NCBI GenBank assembly: GCA_040756875.1
Contig: JBFLYH010000002.1
Coordinates: 222,526-286,525 of the forward strand
From: a candidate division FCPU426 bacterium
GTDB taxonomy: Bacteria; Oederibacteriota; JAAXVQ01; JAUVAV01
DNA length: 64,000 nucleotides
Direction: 5' to 3'
In this document: one piece after another, positions 55,196 through 64,000 of the stretch
Layout of the letters: every line of letters begins with the position of its first letter
How positions within the stretch are numbered: the first letter of the stretch is position 1
Notes under the pieces: model-generated
Told to the model about the DNA's origin: nothing
Seen by the model: the letters and a program-made list of their open reading frames with translations, nothing else
The model's database searches: none
Program-made: the position numbers and the translations under genes

Positions 55196-55224
55196 AGTAT
55201 AGCCAAGGACCCGCACCCTGTCAA
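55196..55224 (-). promoter_or_regulatory. Probable rho promoter
   Basis: Minus strand TTGACA (55219-55224), 17-nt spacer, TATACT (55196-55201), with an AT-rich upstream tract. Confidence 0.78.
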
Positions 55225-55252
55225 CTTTATTAATATCTTTTTTTCTCCCGGC

Positions 55253-56707
55253 CTAGGCGCCGCGTTTGCCCATGGACTCATCGTAGGGTTTCACCAAGTC
55301 GCGGCCGTCCCGCTTCGCCTGGTACAAAGCGGTGTCCGCGGTGGTGATCAGGACTTCCCGCGACAGCGCATGGTCGGGATAAACGCTCACCCCGGCGGAA
55401 ATCGTCAGCGTCAGCTTGAGCCCGCCCGCCTCGATCGGTGTTGCCTTGAGATAGGAATTGATCCCCTGGGCCACTACGACCGCCCGGGCCAGGGGCGTGT
55501 TGGGCAGAAGCACCGCGAATTCCTCCCCGCCGTAGCGGGCCGCCAGGGCCGTGGGCCCGGCCATTTCCTGGATCCGGCTTGCGGCCTCCACCAGGACCGC
55601 GTCGCCGGCTTGGTGGCCGTGCTGGTCGTTGACGCGCTTGAAATGGTCCAGGTCCAGCATGATCAGGGACAGGTGCTGGCGGTAGCGTTCCGCGCGGTGC
55701 AGCTCCTCGCGCAGGCGTTCCTGAAAGTAGCGGTGCACGTACAGGCCGGTCTGGCTGTCCGTAAAGGACAGGGTCTGGACCTTGCGGTACAGGAGCGATT
55801 TGCGCAGGGCGAAAACGATCTGCTTGCCCAGGGTCTCGGCCTGCGAAAAATCCGTGGGCGTAAAGCTTCCGGGCTGGGCCGTGGCCAGGAGCATCAAGCC
55901 GATGACGATGTCGTGCATGATCAGCGGAATGCCCACCAGCGACCGCAGCTGGCTCTGCTGGGTCAGATAACGGAAGCGCGGGTCCGCGCACATGTCCTTG
56001 ATCCGGATGGCGCTGTAGGAATCGCCCAGCCAGGCCAGGATTTCGGCGGCGGGCAGCCGGTCCGGAAAGCCCTCGTCCGACACCTCGTGCCCGCGCAGGC
56101 CCACGCGCAGAAAATCCTCCGAATCGTCGTCAGGCACGTAAAACGCCAGGCGCGCGTCCTCTTCGCTTTGGTCCGAGAAGTGTTGCGGAAAGAGCTGAGC
56201 CACTTCCACCCGGGCTTCGTCCAGCATGCTTTCAAGCTTGATGGTGCCGGAAAGCTTCTTGGCCACCTGGTACAGCGTGATCAAATTGTCCAGTTTTTCT
56301 TTGTAGCCCTCGATCTGTCGGCTGATCTGGTAGCCCTTCCGCTCCACCCGCAACAATTCATGCTCCAGGGGCTGGCGTTCCTTGGCTTCGGCTTTGAGGC
56401 GGGCGTCCCGGTCCTGCGACAGCAGGGCCGCCAGCCCGGAGGCTATGCCGACCGCCACCAGCGCGGTGACCGCGGCCGGCTGCGGCAGCCAGTGCAGCCA
56501 GAAACCGGCCACCAGAGACGCGACCGCCAGTACGCTGGTCACCACGATGCCGATCGAAAACTCCAGCACCCCGCCCAGGAGCACCAGGGGAATCAGGAAC
56601 AGCGCGAAGCCGTTGGCTGTTTTCGGGTTCTGGCCCAGCAGCATCAGGCTCATGGCCAGCAGCCAGCCCAGCACCAAGGCGCTGTAGTGCCTGACCGGGC
56701 GGTTCAT
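55253..56707 (-). CDS. Membrane GAF-GGDEF diguanylate cyclase (484 aa)
   Basis: C-terminal part of ORF 55253..57220; ATG at 56707 overlaps the upstream stop. TM helices, coiled coil, GAF, DLDHFKRVND.HGH.AGD, RYGGEEF. Confidence 0.9.
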   Translation of the reverse strand: MNRPVRHYSALVLGWLLAMSLMLLGQNPKTANGFALFLIPLVLLGGVLEFSIGIVVTSVLAVASLVAGFWLHWLPQPAAVTALVAVGIASGLAALLSQDRDARLKAEAKERQPLEHELLRVERKGYQISRQIEGYKEKLDNLITLYQVAKKLSGTIKLESMLDEARVEVAQLFPQHFSDQSEEDARLAFYVPDDDSEDFLRVGLRGHEVSDEGFPDRLPAAEILAWLGDSYSAIRIKDMCADPRFRYLTQQSQLRSLVGIPLIMHDIVIGLMLLATAQPGSFTPTDFSQAETLGKQIVFALRKSLLYRKVQTLSFTDSQTGLYVHRYFQERLREELHRAERYRQHLSLIMLDLDHFKRVNDQHGHQAGDAVLVEAASRIQEMAGPTALAARYGGEEFAVLLPNTPLARAVVVAQGINSYLKATPIEAGGLKLTLTISAGVSVYPDHALSREVLITTADTALYQAKRDGRDLVKPYDESMGKRGA

Positions 56708-58125
56708 GATCCGGCTCCGGCCGCGAGAATGCGGTTGCGCCCCTGCCGTTTTGCCTGGTACAGGGCGGCGTCGGTCTGGCGGATGATTTCGTTCATGTCC
56801 TTTCCGTTCCGCGGGCATTCGCCCACGCCGCCGCTGATCGTGAGGTGCAGCACCTCGGTGTTGGCCTGAAAGCCCCGTTGCGCAATGCGGTCGCGGATGC
56901 GCTCGGCCATGACCAGGGCTCCTTCCTGGGCGGTGTGGGGCAGGATCAGGGCGAATTCCTCGCCTCCGAAGCGGCATACCAGGTCCATGACGCGGGCTTC
57001 GGCTTTCAGGGCCTCCCCAAACTGCGCCAGAACCTGGTCGCCCGCCAGGTGCCCCAGGCGGTCGTTGATGCGCTTGAAGTGGTCGATGTCGAGGATGAGG
57101 AGCGAAAACGCCTCGCCGTGTTCCCGGAAACGCTGCAGTTCCTCGGCGAAGCGCTGATTGAAGAAACGCCGCAAATACAGGCCGGTCAGCCCGTCGGTAA
57201 TGGCCAGTTCCTGGGCGCACTGGTAGAGATTGGCGTTTTCCGCGGCCACGCCGGCCAGGTCGCCCAGCAGGGTGAACAGGCGCAAATCATCCTTGGTGAA
57301 GATGTCCGGCCAGGGGCTTTCGGCCCGCAGCAGGCCGAAAACGTGACCGGCCGAGAGCATGGGCACCAGCATGAGGTTCCGGACCAGCACGCCGGGCTCC
57401 GGGGCCTGGAAACGGAAATCATGCTGGGTGTCGCTGACCAGGAGCGGCGTGCGGTGCTGCAGGGTCCAGCGGGTGTAGGGATCGTCGGGCTGCTGCTTCT
57501 GCTCCGCGTCCGGCGGCAGGCACTGGCAGACCGCTTCTGTCCGTTCGGGAAACTCGAAGGACACCAGGTAGCGACCGCGCTCCGCGCCGATGATCTGCCG
57601 CACTTCGGCCAGCACCTTGTCCGCGAGCTTGTCCAGCGCCAACTGCGAACCGAAGACGCGCGAAGCCCGGTTGAGGTCGGAGTACTTCTTGAATTTTTTC
57701 TGATTCGAGACGTTGACCACCAGATCGGTTTTATACTGGTCGCGCGCCAGGGCCAGGCGTTCGCGCAGGCGGTCCAGGGTGCGCCCGTGCTCCCGCTGTT
57801 CAGCCGCGAGGCGGACATGGTGGAACAGGGCCACGCCCCAGGCCATGAGCGCGACCGGCACGTGAACCAGCAGCGCGGAACGGGCGGCCGGCTCCGTTTC
57901 CCGCAGGGCCAGAAACCAGAAGAGCAGCACCGTGAACACCGCCAGGCCGTTTCCGGCCACCAGGCCCGTGCACCACAAGGCCGCGACCGGGATCAGCACG
58001 GCCGCGGACAGCCAGCCCCGTTCGCCGGAGAGATGGACCATCAGCACCAGCGCAGGATAGGCCAGCAGCAGGCCCAGCAGGCACAGCCAGCGGTAGCGTG
58101 GGTTGCATTGCGCCCAAAAGAGCAT
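56704..58125 (-). CDS. Membrane GAF-GGDEF diguanylate cyclase (473 aa)
   Basis: TM helices, GAF, TDGLTGL, DIDHFKRIND, RVMD I-site, RFGGEEF. Confidence 0.92.
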   Translation of the reverse strand: MLFWAQCNPRYRWLCLLGLLLAYPALVLMVHLSGERGWLSAAVLIPVAALWCTGLVAGNGLAVFTVLLFWFLALRETEPAARSALLVHVPVALMAWGVALFHHVRLAAEQREHGRTLDRLRERLALARDQYKTDLVVNVSNQKKFKKYSDLNRASRVFGSQLALDKLADKVLAEVRQIIGAERGRYLVSFEFPERTEAVCQCLPPDAEQKQQPDDPYTRWTLQHRTPLLVSDTQHDFRFQAPEPGVLVRNLMLVPMLSAGHVFGLLRAESPWPDIFTKDDLRLFTLLGDLAGVAAENANLYQCAQELAITDGLTGLYLRRFFNQRFAEELQRFREHGEAFSLLILDIDHFKRINDRLGHLAGDQVLAQFGEALKAEARVMDLVCRFGGEEFALILPHTAQEGALVMAERIRDRIAQRGFQANTEVLHLTISGGVGECPRNGKDMNEIIRQTDAALYQAKRQGRNRILAAGAGS

Positions 58126-58130
58126 CCGGC

Positions 58131-58856
58131 CTACCTCCTGTCCCGGAAATGCGGCCAGGCCGCGCGGGCCGCCTGCCTCAGGTCCGCCAGGGAACCTCGG
58201 TTGGCCAGGGTCATATCCGCCACCCGCCGGTAATCCGCGTTAGGCCGCTGGCGCCTGATCCTGGCCAGCGCGGCAGCCGGGGACAGCCCGAGCTTCCGCA
58301 CCAGGCGTTGAACCCGGGCGGCGGACGGCGCCTGTACCCACATCACCCGGCGGCCCAGGCCGCGGAAAATTTTTTCTGTGTATACCGCCATGTCCAGCAC
58401 CAGGGGCTGCGTCCGGCGGCTGCGGTGGTTCCGGATCTCCTGCTCCAGCAGGCGGCGCAGGCGCGGATGCGTGATCCGGTTCAGGGTCCGCAGCGCGCGG
58501 CGGTCGGCGAACACCGCGGCGCCCAGCCGGTCGCGGCGGATGGCGCCGTTCGCGGACACCGCCCAGGGCAGTCGGTCCAGGGCACGGCCCCGGCGATCCG
58601 TAAAATCCGCGGGCGACAGCGGCGGCCGCACGGCGCGCCGTTTCCCCCAGCGCGCCTCGCAAAAAGCATCCAGGATTTCATGCCAGGCCGGCGCGCCGGT
58701 TGCGAGCAGCCGGCGGGCGAGGCGGTCAACGTCCAGCACGCGCGCACCCAGGCGGCCGAAGACCGCGGCCACGGTGCTTTTACCCGAGCCGCTGCCTCCG
58801 GTCACGATTAACACCGGTGCTGCACTGGCGGACGTGCGCTTTTTCACCCCCGGCAC
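58131..58856 (-). CDS. coaE: Dephospho-CoA kinase
   Basis: TGGSGSGKST, DVDRLAR, RDRLGAAVF, LNRITHP; follows polA. Confidence 0.9.
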   Translation of the reverse strand: MPGVKKRTSASAAPVLIVTGGSGSGKSTVAAVFGRLGARVLDVDRLARRLLATGAPAWHEILDAFCEARWGKRRAVRPPLSPADFTDRRGRALDRLPWAVSANGAIRRDRLGAAVFADRRALRTLNRITHPRLRRLLEQEIRNHRSRRTQPLVLDMAVYTEKIFRGLGRRVMWVQAPSAARVQRLVRKLGLSPAAALARIRRQRPNADYRRVADMTLANRGSLADLRQAARAAWPHFRDRR

Positions 58857-58977
58857 TCCTTCAATATCGTTCGGCTGGTCCTTCCCCTCCTGGGGGAGGG
58901 TTTGATCGGACAGGCGGGAATACTATTGTGGACCTATTATACGCGAGCTGTTCCGGCGCCACACCGGAAAACCGCTT

Positions 58978-61563
58978 TCACCCGTGCGCTTCCATCCAGT
59001 TGCGCCCCCAGGCCGCCTCCACCACCAGCGGCACTTTCAGGGGGACAATGCCGCCCATGCGGGCCACGACCATGTCCCGCAGGCCGGGCATCTCGGCTTC
59101 CGGGCCTTCGAACAGCAATTCATCGTGCACTTGCAGGATCATGCGGGATTGCAGCCGCTTCGCTTCCAGGTCCTTGGCCACGGCCACCATGGCCAGTTTG
59201 ATCAGATCCGCGGCCGCTCCCTGGATGGGCGTATTGATGGCCATGCGCTCTCCCGCCTCGCGGACCGCGCGGTTGGCCGAGGCCACGTCGGGCGTGGACC
59301 GGCGGCGCCCCATGAAGGTGGCGACGAAGCCCTGGCGCCGGGCGTCGGTCAGCAGCTGGTCCAGGTAGCGCCGCACCCGGGGGTAACGGGCGTAGAACCC
59401 GTCGATGAATGACTTGGCGCGCTGGTTCGAAATGCGCAGCTGCCGCGCCAGCCCAAAAGGACTGACACCGTAGGCGATGCCGAAATTACAGGTTTTTGCC
59501 TGCCTCCGCATTTCGGGCGTCACCTGCTCGCGCGGCACGTTGAAAATGTCGGCGGCCGTGGCCTGATGGATGTCCAGCCCCTGCTCGAAATCCGCGATCA
59601 TGCGCGGGTCGCCGGAGAGGTGGGCCAGGAGGCGCAGCTCGATCTGGGAGTAGTCCGCCGAAAGCAGGCAATATCCCGGTTCGCCGGGCACGAACATCCG
59701 GCGCAGCTGGCGGCCGCGTTCGGTCCTCACCGGAATGTTCTGGAGGTTCGGGTCCGACGAAGACAGGCGGCCCGTGGCCGCGCCCACCTGGTGGAACGTC
59801 GTGTGCACGCGGCGGTCCCGCGGGTCCACCAGTTGCGGCAGCACGTCCAGGTAGGTGGACTTCAGCTTCTGCGCCTGGCGGTAATCGAGGATCTTCTGCG
59901 GCAGGGGGTGCTGGGCCGCCAATTGCTCAAGCACGTCCACGCTGGTCGAACGGCCGGTTTTGGTTTTCTTCCCGGAGGCCAGGCCCAGGCGGTCGAACAG
60001 CACCTCGGCCAGCTGCTGGGTCGAGCGCAGGTTGAACGGCCCGCCGGCCAGCCCGTTGATCTCGTTTTCCAGTTCCGCCATCTCCCGGCCCAGGTCCGCG
60101 GCCATGTCCGACAGGGCCCGGCTGTCCACGGCTACGCCGCGCGCTTCCATGGCGGCCAGCACGGGCAGCAGGGGCAGCTCCACCTCGCGGTAGAGGCGTT
60201 CCGACTCGCCCTGGGCGAGCTGGGCCAGCAGGTTCGGCCCCACCAGCAGCCAGGCGCAGGCCAGCACGGCGAGCTTGTCCTCGGGCGGCGGGCCGCCCAG
60301 AAGCCGCGCGACGAAATCCGCGGGCCGGTTGCTCGGCAGGTCCAGCAGGTGCGCGGCCAGGTGCAGGTCGTCCAGGGAACCCTGCAGGCTGCTCCCCAGG
60401 CGGCGCAGGGCCGCGTCCACGGGCTTGAGGTCATACCCGATTTTAGCGACGGCCGGGTCGTTCAGGACGGCCGTCACGCCGGGTTGCGCGGCCAACAAAT
60501 CCGTGAGCGCTGATTTCGATTCCGGGTCAGGATACGGCAGCCAGGCCGCGGTCCGGGTGGAGGCGGCCAGGGCCAGGCCCTGGGGCAGGCTTTCCACGGC
60601 CAGGAGGCCGGCTTGGCGTGCCTCGGCCAGCACCGCGTCCGTCGCCGCGGCGGCGGACAATTCCTGCGCCCAGGCGCCGGCAACCGCAGGGGCCGCGCCC
60701 TGGCGCAAGAGCAGGCGTTTGAATCCCAGTTCGGCCAGCAAGGCCAGGGCCGCGTCCGGCGTTTTGGCCGGAAGCGCGAGGTCCTGCCATTTCAGCGACA
60801 GGGGCGCGTCCTGGCGCAAAACCACCAGGCCGAAGGCCTGCTCGGCCGCGGCTTGATGCGCCGAGAGTTTTTCGCGCAGCTTGGCTTGGGGCACGCGGTC
60901 CAGGCTGCGGTACAACGCTGCCAGGGAGCCGTGCGTTCGGATCAACTCCACCGCGGTTTTGGGGCCCACGCCCGGCACGCCGGGGATGTTGTCCGAACTG
61001 TCGCCCATGAGCGCCAGGACGTCCGCCACCTGGGTGGGCGGCACGCCGAAAAACGCCTCCACCCTGGCCGGGTCCAGCACCTCGTATTCCTTCTGGCCCG
61101 CGCGCTGGGGTTTGACCAGGCTGACGCCCTGGCCCACGAGCTGCAGCAGGTCCTTGTCATTGCTGAAGATGAGCACTTCAAAGTCTTCGTCCTGCGCCCG
61201 CCGCGCCAGGGTGCCGATGAGATCATCCGCCTCCCAGCCCGGCTGTTCAAGCGGCCGGACCGCGAAAGCCTCGGTCAGCGACTTCACCAGGGGAATTTGT
61301 TCCACCAGGGCTTCGGGCACGGCTTCGCGCTGGGCTTTGTAGGCCGGGAACTGCTGGTGCCGGTGCGTGGGCTCGGGCCGATCGAACACCGCGGCCGCGT
61401 GCGTGGGCGAGAACGTTTCGATCAGGTTGAGCAGGGTTTGGGCAAAGCCGAAGACCGCGTTCACCGGCCGGCCCTTGGGGTCGGTGAGCTCTTTGATGGC
61501 GTAAAAGGCCCGGTACAGCTGGGCCGTGCCGTCGATCAACAGCAGTTTTTTCTTCAATGCCAA
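58978..61563 (-). CDS. polA: DNA polymerase I
   Basis: 5'-3' nuclease (LIDG, EADDLIG, DKDLLQ, GDSSDNIPGV) and polymerase motifs (TGRLSSSDPNLQNIP, DYSQIELR, QVHDEL). Confidence 0.98.
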   Translation of the reverse strand: MALKKKLLLIDGTAQLYRAFYAIKELTDPKGRPVNAVFGFAQTLLNLIETFSPTHAAAVFDRPEPTHRHQQFPAYKAQREAVPEALVEQIPLVKSLTEAFAVRPLEQPGWEADDLIGTLARRAQDEDFEVLIFSNDKDLLQLVGQGVSLVKPQRAGQKEYEVLDPARVEAFFGVPPTQVADVLALMGDSSDNIPGVPGVGPKTAVELIRTHGSLAALYRSLDRVPQAKLREKLSAHQAAAEQAFGLVVLRQDAPLSLKWQDLALPAKTPDAALALLAELGFKRLLLRQGAAPAVAGAWAQELSAAAATDAVLAEARQAGLLAVESLPQGLALAASTRTAAWLPYPDPESKSALTDLLAAQPGVTAVLNDPAVAKIGYDLKPVDAALRRLGSSLQGSLDDLHLAAHLLDLPSNRPADFVARLLGGPPPEDKLAVLACAWLLVGPNLLAQLAQGESERLYREVELPLLPVLAAMEARGVAVDSRALSDMAADLGREMAELENEINGLAGGPFNLRSTQQLAEVLFDRLGLASGKKTKTGRSTSVDVLEQLAAQHPLPQKILDYRQAQKLKSTYLDVLPQLVDPRDRRVHTTFHQVGAATGRLSSSDPNLQNIPVRTERGRQLRRMFVPGEPGYCLLSADYSQIELRLLAHLSGDPRMIADFEQGLDIHQATAADIFNVPREQVTPEMRRQAKTCNFGIAYGVSPFGLARQLRISNQRAKSFIDGFYARYPRVRRYLDQLLTDARRQGFVATFMGRRRSTPDVASANRAVREAGERMAINTPIQGAAADLIKLAMVAVAKDLEAKRLQSRMILQVHDELLFEGPEAEMPGLRDMVVARMGGIVPLKVPLVVEAAWGRNWMEAHG

Positions 61564-61629
61564 ACTCCCTTCAATGCATCCGCCCCTGAGTCACACAGAT
61601 GAACTTGGAAATACAAAACATAAAGCCGA

Positions 61630-61872
61630 TCACGAAGAACACGAATGCACCACTGAATACACGAAGCTGGTCAGCGTTAAAGATTCTTACTCCCGTTCCC
61701 CTTCGTGGCCTTCGTGCTCAGCTTCGTGCCCTTCGTGGTAAATGACTTCGATCTTAAAAATGCTTCACCACGAAGCCACGAAGAACACGAAGAAACGCAG
61801 AGGCCGGGGTTAAAGGCCTTTACTCCCGTTCCCCTTCGTGGCCTTCGTGCTCAGCTTCGTGCCCTTCGTGGT
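61630..61872. repeat. Tandem pair of CACGAAG/CTTCGTG-rich palindromic units
   Basis: Identical 53-nt block at 61687-61739 and 61820-61872, each preceded by complementary CACGAAGAACACGAA tracts. Confidence 0.85.
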
Positions 61873-61897
61873 CCGTCTTTTATAAGTGGTTTAGGGC

Positions 61898-63298
61898 CTA
61901 ATGTTTTCCCTGGTGGTTTTTGCGCACCAGGGTGGCCACGGTCTCCACGTGATAGGTGTGCGGAAAAAAGTCCAGGGGCTGCGCCTGCAGCACCCGGTAT
62001 CCGGCTGAGGCCAGCCGGGCCAGGTCGCGGGCCAGGGTAACCGGGTTGCACGAGACCATGACCACGCGCTTGGGCTTGGTCTGGCACAACTGGTTCAGCA
62101 CTTTGGGGTCCACGCCCTTGCGCGGAGGATCGAGCACCACCACGTCGGGCTGCAGGCCTTTGGCAGCCAGCTGCCTGAAGCCCGCGGCCGCGTCCGCGGC
62201 CAGGAATTCGGCCTGCGAAAAACCGTTGAGATGCTTGTTGGCCTGGGCGTCTTCCACGGCCGACGAAACTTCCTCCACGCCCACGACCAGCCGAGCCTGC
62301 CTGGCCAGGGACAAGGTCAGGAGCCCCACGCCGCAATACAGGTCAACCACGCTTTCATGCCCGGAGAGCGCCGCTGCCTGCCCCACGGCGGACAGCAGTT
62401 GCGGCAGTTGAAACGGGTTCACCTGAAAGAAAGAACCCGCGGAGATGCGGAATTTCAGGCCCTCGATTTCTTCATATATATAGGGACGGCCGGCCAGGGA
62501 TTTGAAAACCCGACCCAGAATGACGTTGGTCGTTTCAGTATTCACGTTCTGGACCACGCCCACCAGCTCAGGCACGCGCTGTATCAGTTGTTCTGAAAAT
62601 TCATCCAGCCTGGGCGCCGACTCCGCCGGGGTCACCAGAATCGCCAGGGCTTCCTTGGTGTGGTGCCCCAAGCGGATCACCAGATGCCGCAGATCCCCGG
62701 TTCCCGAGGTTTCGTCGTATCCGCGGTAGCCGAAAACCCCGGCCAGTTCGCGCACGGCCTTCAGGACGCGGTTGCCCAGCACGGGCTGGACCGGGCATTC
62801 GGCGATGGGCACGACCCGGTGGGTCTTGGTGGCGTAGAAGCCGGCGGCCAGGTCGCCGTTTTGGGCCTGCAGAGGGATCTGGATTTTATGCCGGTAACCG
62901 GTTTGCGGCACGGCTTTGATCACGCCCGGAACCGAAGCGGTCCGGATCCGGCCCACGTGCTGCAGGGCGTTTTGCACGAACAACTGCTTGGCCTGGATTT
63001 GCGCGGGATAAGCCAGATGCTGCCAGGAACATCCGCCGCATTCCTCGGCGTGCGGACAAAACGGGGCGACGCGGTCCGGGGAGGGCTCCAGGACCGCCAG
63101 CAGCTCCGCGCGGGCGAAGTGGGACTTCACCTGCTGCACGCGGCAACTCACGCGGTCGCCCGGCAGCGCGCCGGCCACGAACACCACCAGGCCGCCGTGA
63201 CGGCCGATGCCCTCGCCGCCGTAGGCCAGGCTCGCGATCGCCAGCTCCAGCTCTTCGCCCACGCGGACCGAAGCCGGCGTGGTTGGCGCAGCAGACAA
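61898..63298 (-). CDS. rlmD: 23S rRNA (uracil-1939-C5)-methyltransferase
   Basis: TRAM domain, CPHAEECGGC, SFFQVN, DLYCGVG, LDPPRKG, VSCNP.TLARD, FFPHTYHVE. Confidence 0.93.
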   Translation of the reverse strand: MSAAPTTPASVRVGEELELAIASLAYGGEGIGRHGGLVVFVAGALPGDRVSCRVQQVKSHFARAELLAVLEPSPDRVAPFCPHAEECGGCSWQHLAYPAQIQAKQLFVQNALQHVGRIRTASVPGVIKAVPQTGYRHKIQIPLQAQNGDLAAGFYATKTHRVVPIAECPVQPVLGNRVLKAVRELAGVFGYRGYDETSGTGDLRHLVIRLGHHTKEALAILVTPAESAPRLDEFSEQLIQRVPELVGVVQNVNTETTNVILGRVFKSLAGRPYIYEEIEGLKFRISAGSFFQVNPFQLPQLLSAVGQAAALSGHESVVDLYCGVGLLTLSLARQARLVVGVEEVSSAVEDAQANKHLNGFSQAEFLAADAAAGFRQLAAKGLQPDVVVLDPPRKGVDPKVLNQLCQTKPKRVVMVSCNPVTLARDLARLASAGYRVLQAQPLDFFPHTYHVETVATLVRKNHQGKH

Positions 63299-63318
63299 AA
63301 CGAGCTCCTTTCCGCTTG

Positions 63319-64000
63319 CTATTGCAACTTCTCGCGCAGTAATTGGTTGACCCGTTGCGGATTGGCTTTGCCCTGCGAAGCTTTCATCACTTGGCCGACC
63401 AGGAACCCGAGCGCCTGCTGCTTGCCTTTGCGATATTCCGCCGCCGGGCCGGGATTCTCCGCGATGGCCTGTTCCACAAGCTTGGCCAACGCCTGGGGAT
63501 CGGAGATCTGGGACAACCCTTTGCTTTTGATGATTTCATCGGGGTCTTTTCCGGTCGCGTACATTTCCTCGAACACCTGTTTGCCAATTTTGGAGGAAAT
63601 CTCTCCGGAACTGGTCAAGGTGGCCAGTTGCCCCAGCTGGGAAGGCGAGATGGGGAGCGTGGCAATGGTTTCGTATTCCAGATCCTTGCCCTCGGCGTTC
63701 AAGCGGCCGAGATAATCGCCGGTCAGCCAGTTGCTGACCGCCTTGGGCGGGGCGGAGGCGACCGCCGCGTCGAAAAAGTCCGCCAGCATGCGCGAAGAGG
63801 TCAGGACGCCGGCGTCGTAGGCGGTGAGTTGGGGCAGCTTTTGCAGCCGCTCCCGCCGGGCGCGCGGCAGTTCGGGCAGCTCGCGGCGGCGGTCCTCGAT
63901 CCAGGCCGGCTCCAGTTCCAGGAGCGGCAGGTCGGGTTCGGGGAAATACCGATAGTCGTGCGCCTCTTCCTTGCCGCGCATGGGCAGGGTCTTGCCCTGC
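63319..64000 (-). CDS. gatB: Asp/Glu-tRNA amidotransferase subunit B (5' part outside the window)
   Basis: MRGKEEAHDYRYFPEPDLP, LPELP, GFLVGQVMKASQGKANP. Confidence 0.97.
   Translation of the reverse strand, partial: QGKTLPMRGKEEAHDYRYFPEPDLPLLELEPAWIEDRRRELPELPRARRERLQKLPQLTAYDAGVLTSSRMLADFFDAAVASAPPKAVSNWLTGDYLGRLNAEGKDLEYETIATLPISPSQLGQLATLTSSGEISSKIGKQVFEEMYATGKDPDEIIKSKGLSQISDPQALAKLVEQAIAENPGPAAEYRKGKQQALGFLVGQVMKASQGKANPQRVNQLLREKLQ

Noticed and set aside
56708-57220. N-terminal extension of the 655-aa GGDEF ORF
   Set aside because: It overlaps the upstream cyclase out of frame; the coupled ATG at 56707 is the likely start. The same applies to the extensions on ORFs 8269..9351 and 920..1855.
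60130-60700. Degenerate 3'-5' exonuclease region of PolA as a novelty
   Set aside because: Loss of proofreading motifs is common in bacterial Pol I enzymes.
61630-61872. Possible mini-CRISPR or small ORFs
   Set aside because: There are only two units with internal heptamer periodicity, and the ORFs here are repeat-derived.

Overview
GC-rich chromosomal window from a diderm bacterium (LolA, AsmA, OmpA/PorV-type barrel, HldD) that also carries RNase J and CheC/CheD. Nearly all real genes are on the minus strand. The housekeeping backbone is gatB (partial), rlmD, polA, coaE, two GAF-GGDEF cyclases, rho, rpmE, thyX, prfA, prmC, recA, asmA, two phosphosugar enzymes, an M16 peptidase, rnj, ftsK, lolA, rodZ, yajQ, rimO, pgsA, pgpA, pyk and nnr. 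Three parts stand out. (1) An ~8.8 kb integrase-less island sits in the 3' end of hldD. It is bounded by a perfect 20-bp direct repeat, and the displaced second hldD tail is still readable on the far side. It carries a 683-aa protein with a Ser/Thr/Gly-rich segment and a 2096-aa Rhs protein, with no immunity gene. (2) A chemosensory cluster (cheR, TPR, MshEN-like CheW, TPR, divergent PII, cheY, cheC, cheD, cheW, cheY, cheB) has no CheA and no chemoreceptor. (3) An AT-rich cassette (HTH-Panacea antitoxin, RelE-like toxin, orphan gene) lies among nested palindromic repeats. Also seen: a 15-aa Lys-rich micro-ORF with its own RBS and terminator, a two-copy structured ~130-nt element, and a 144-nt rod-shaped hairpin. 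No rRNA, tRNA or CRISPR array was recognised. All calls come from reading motifs by eye; no searches were run.
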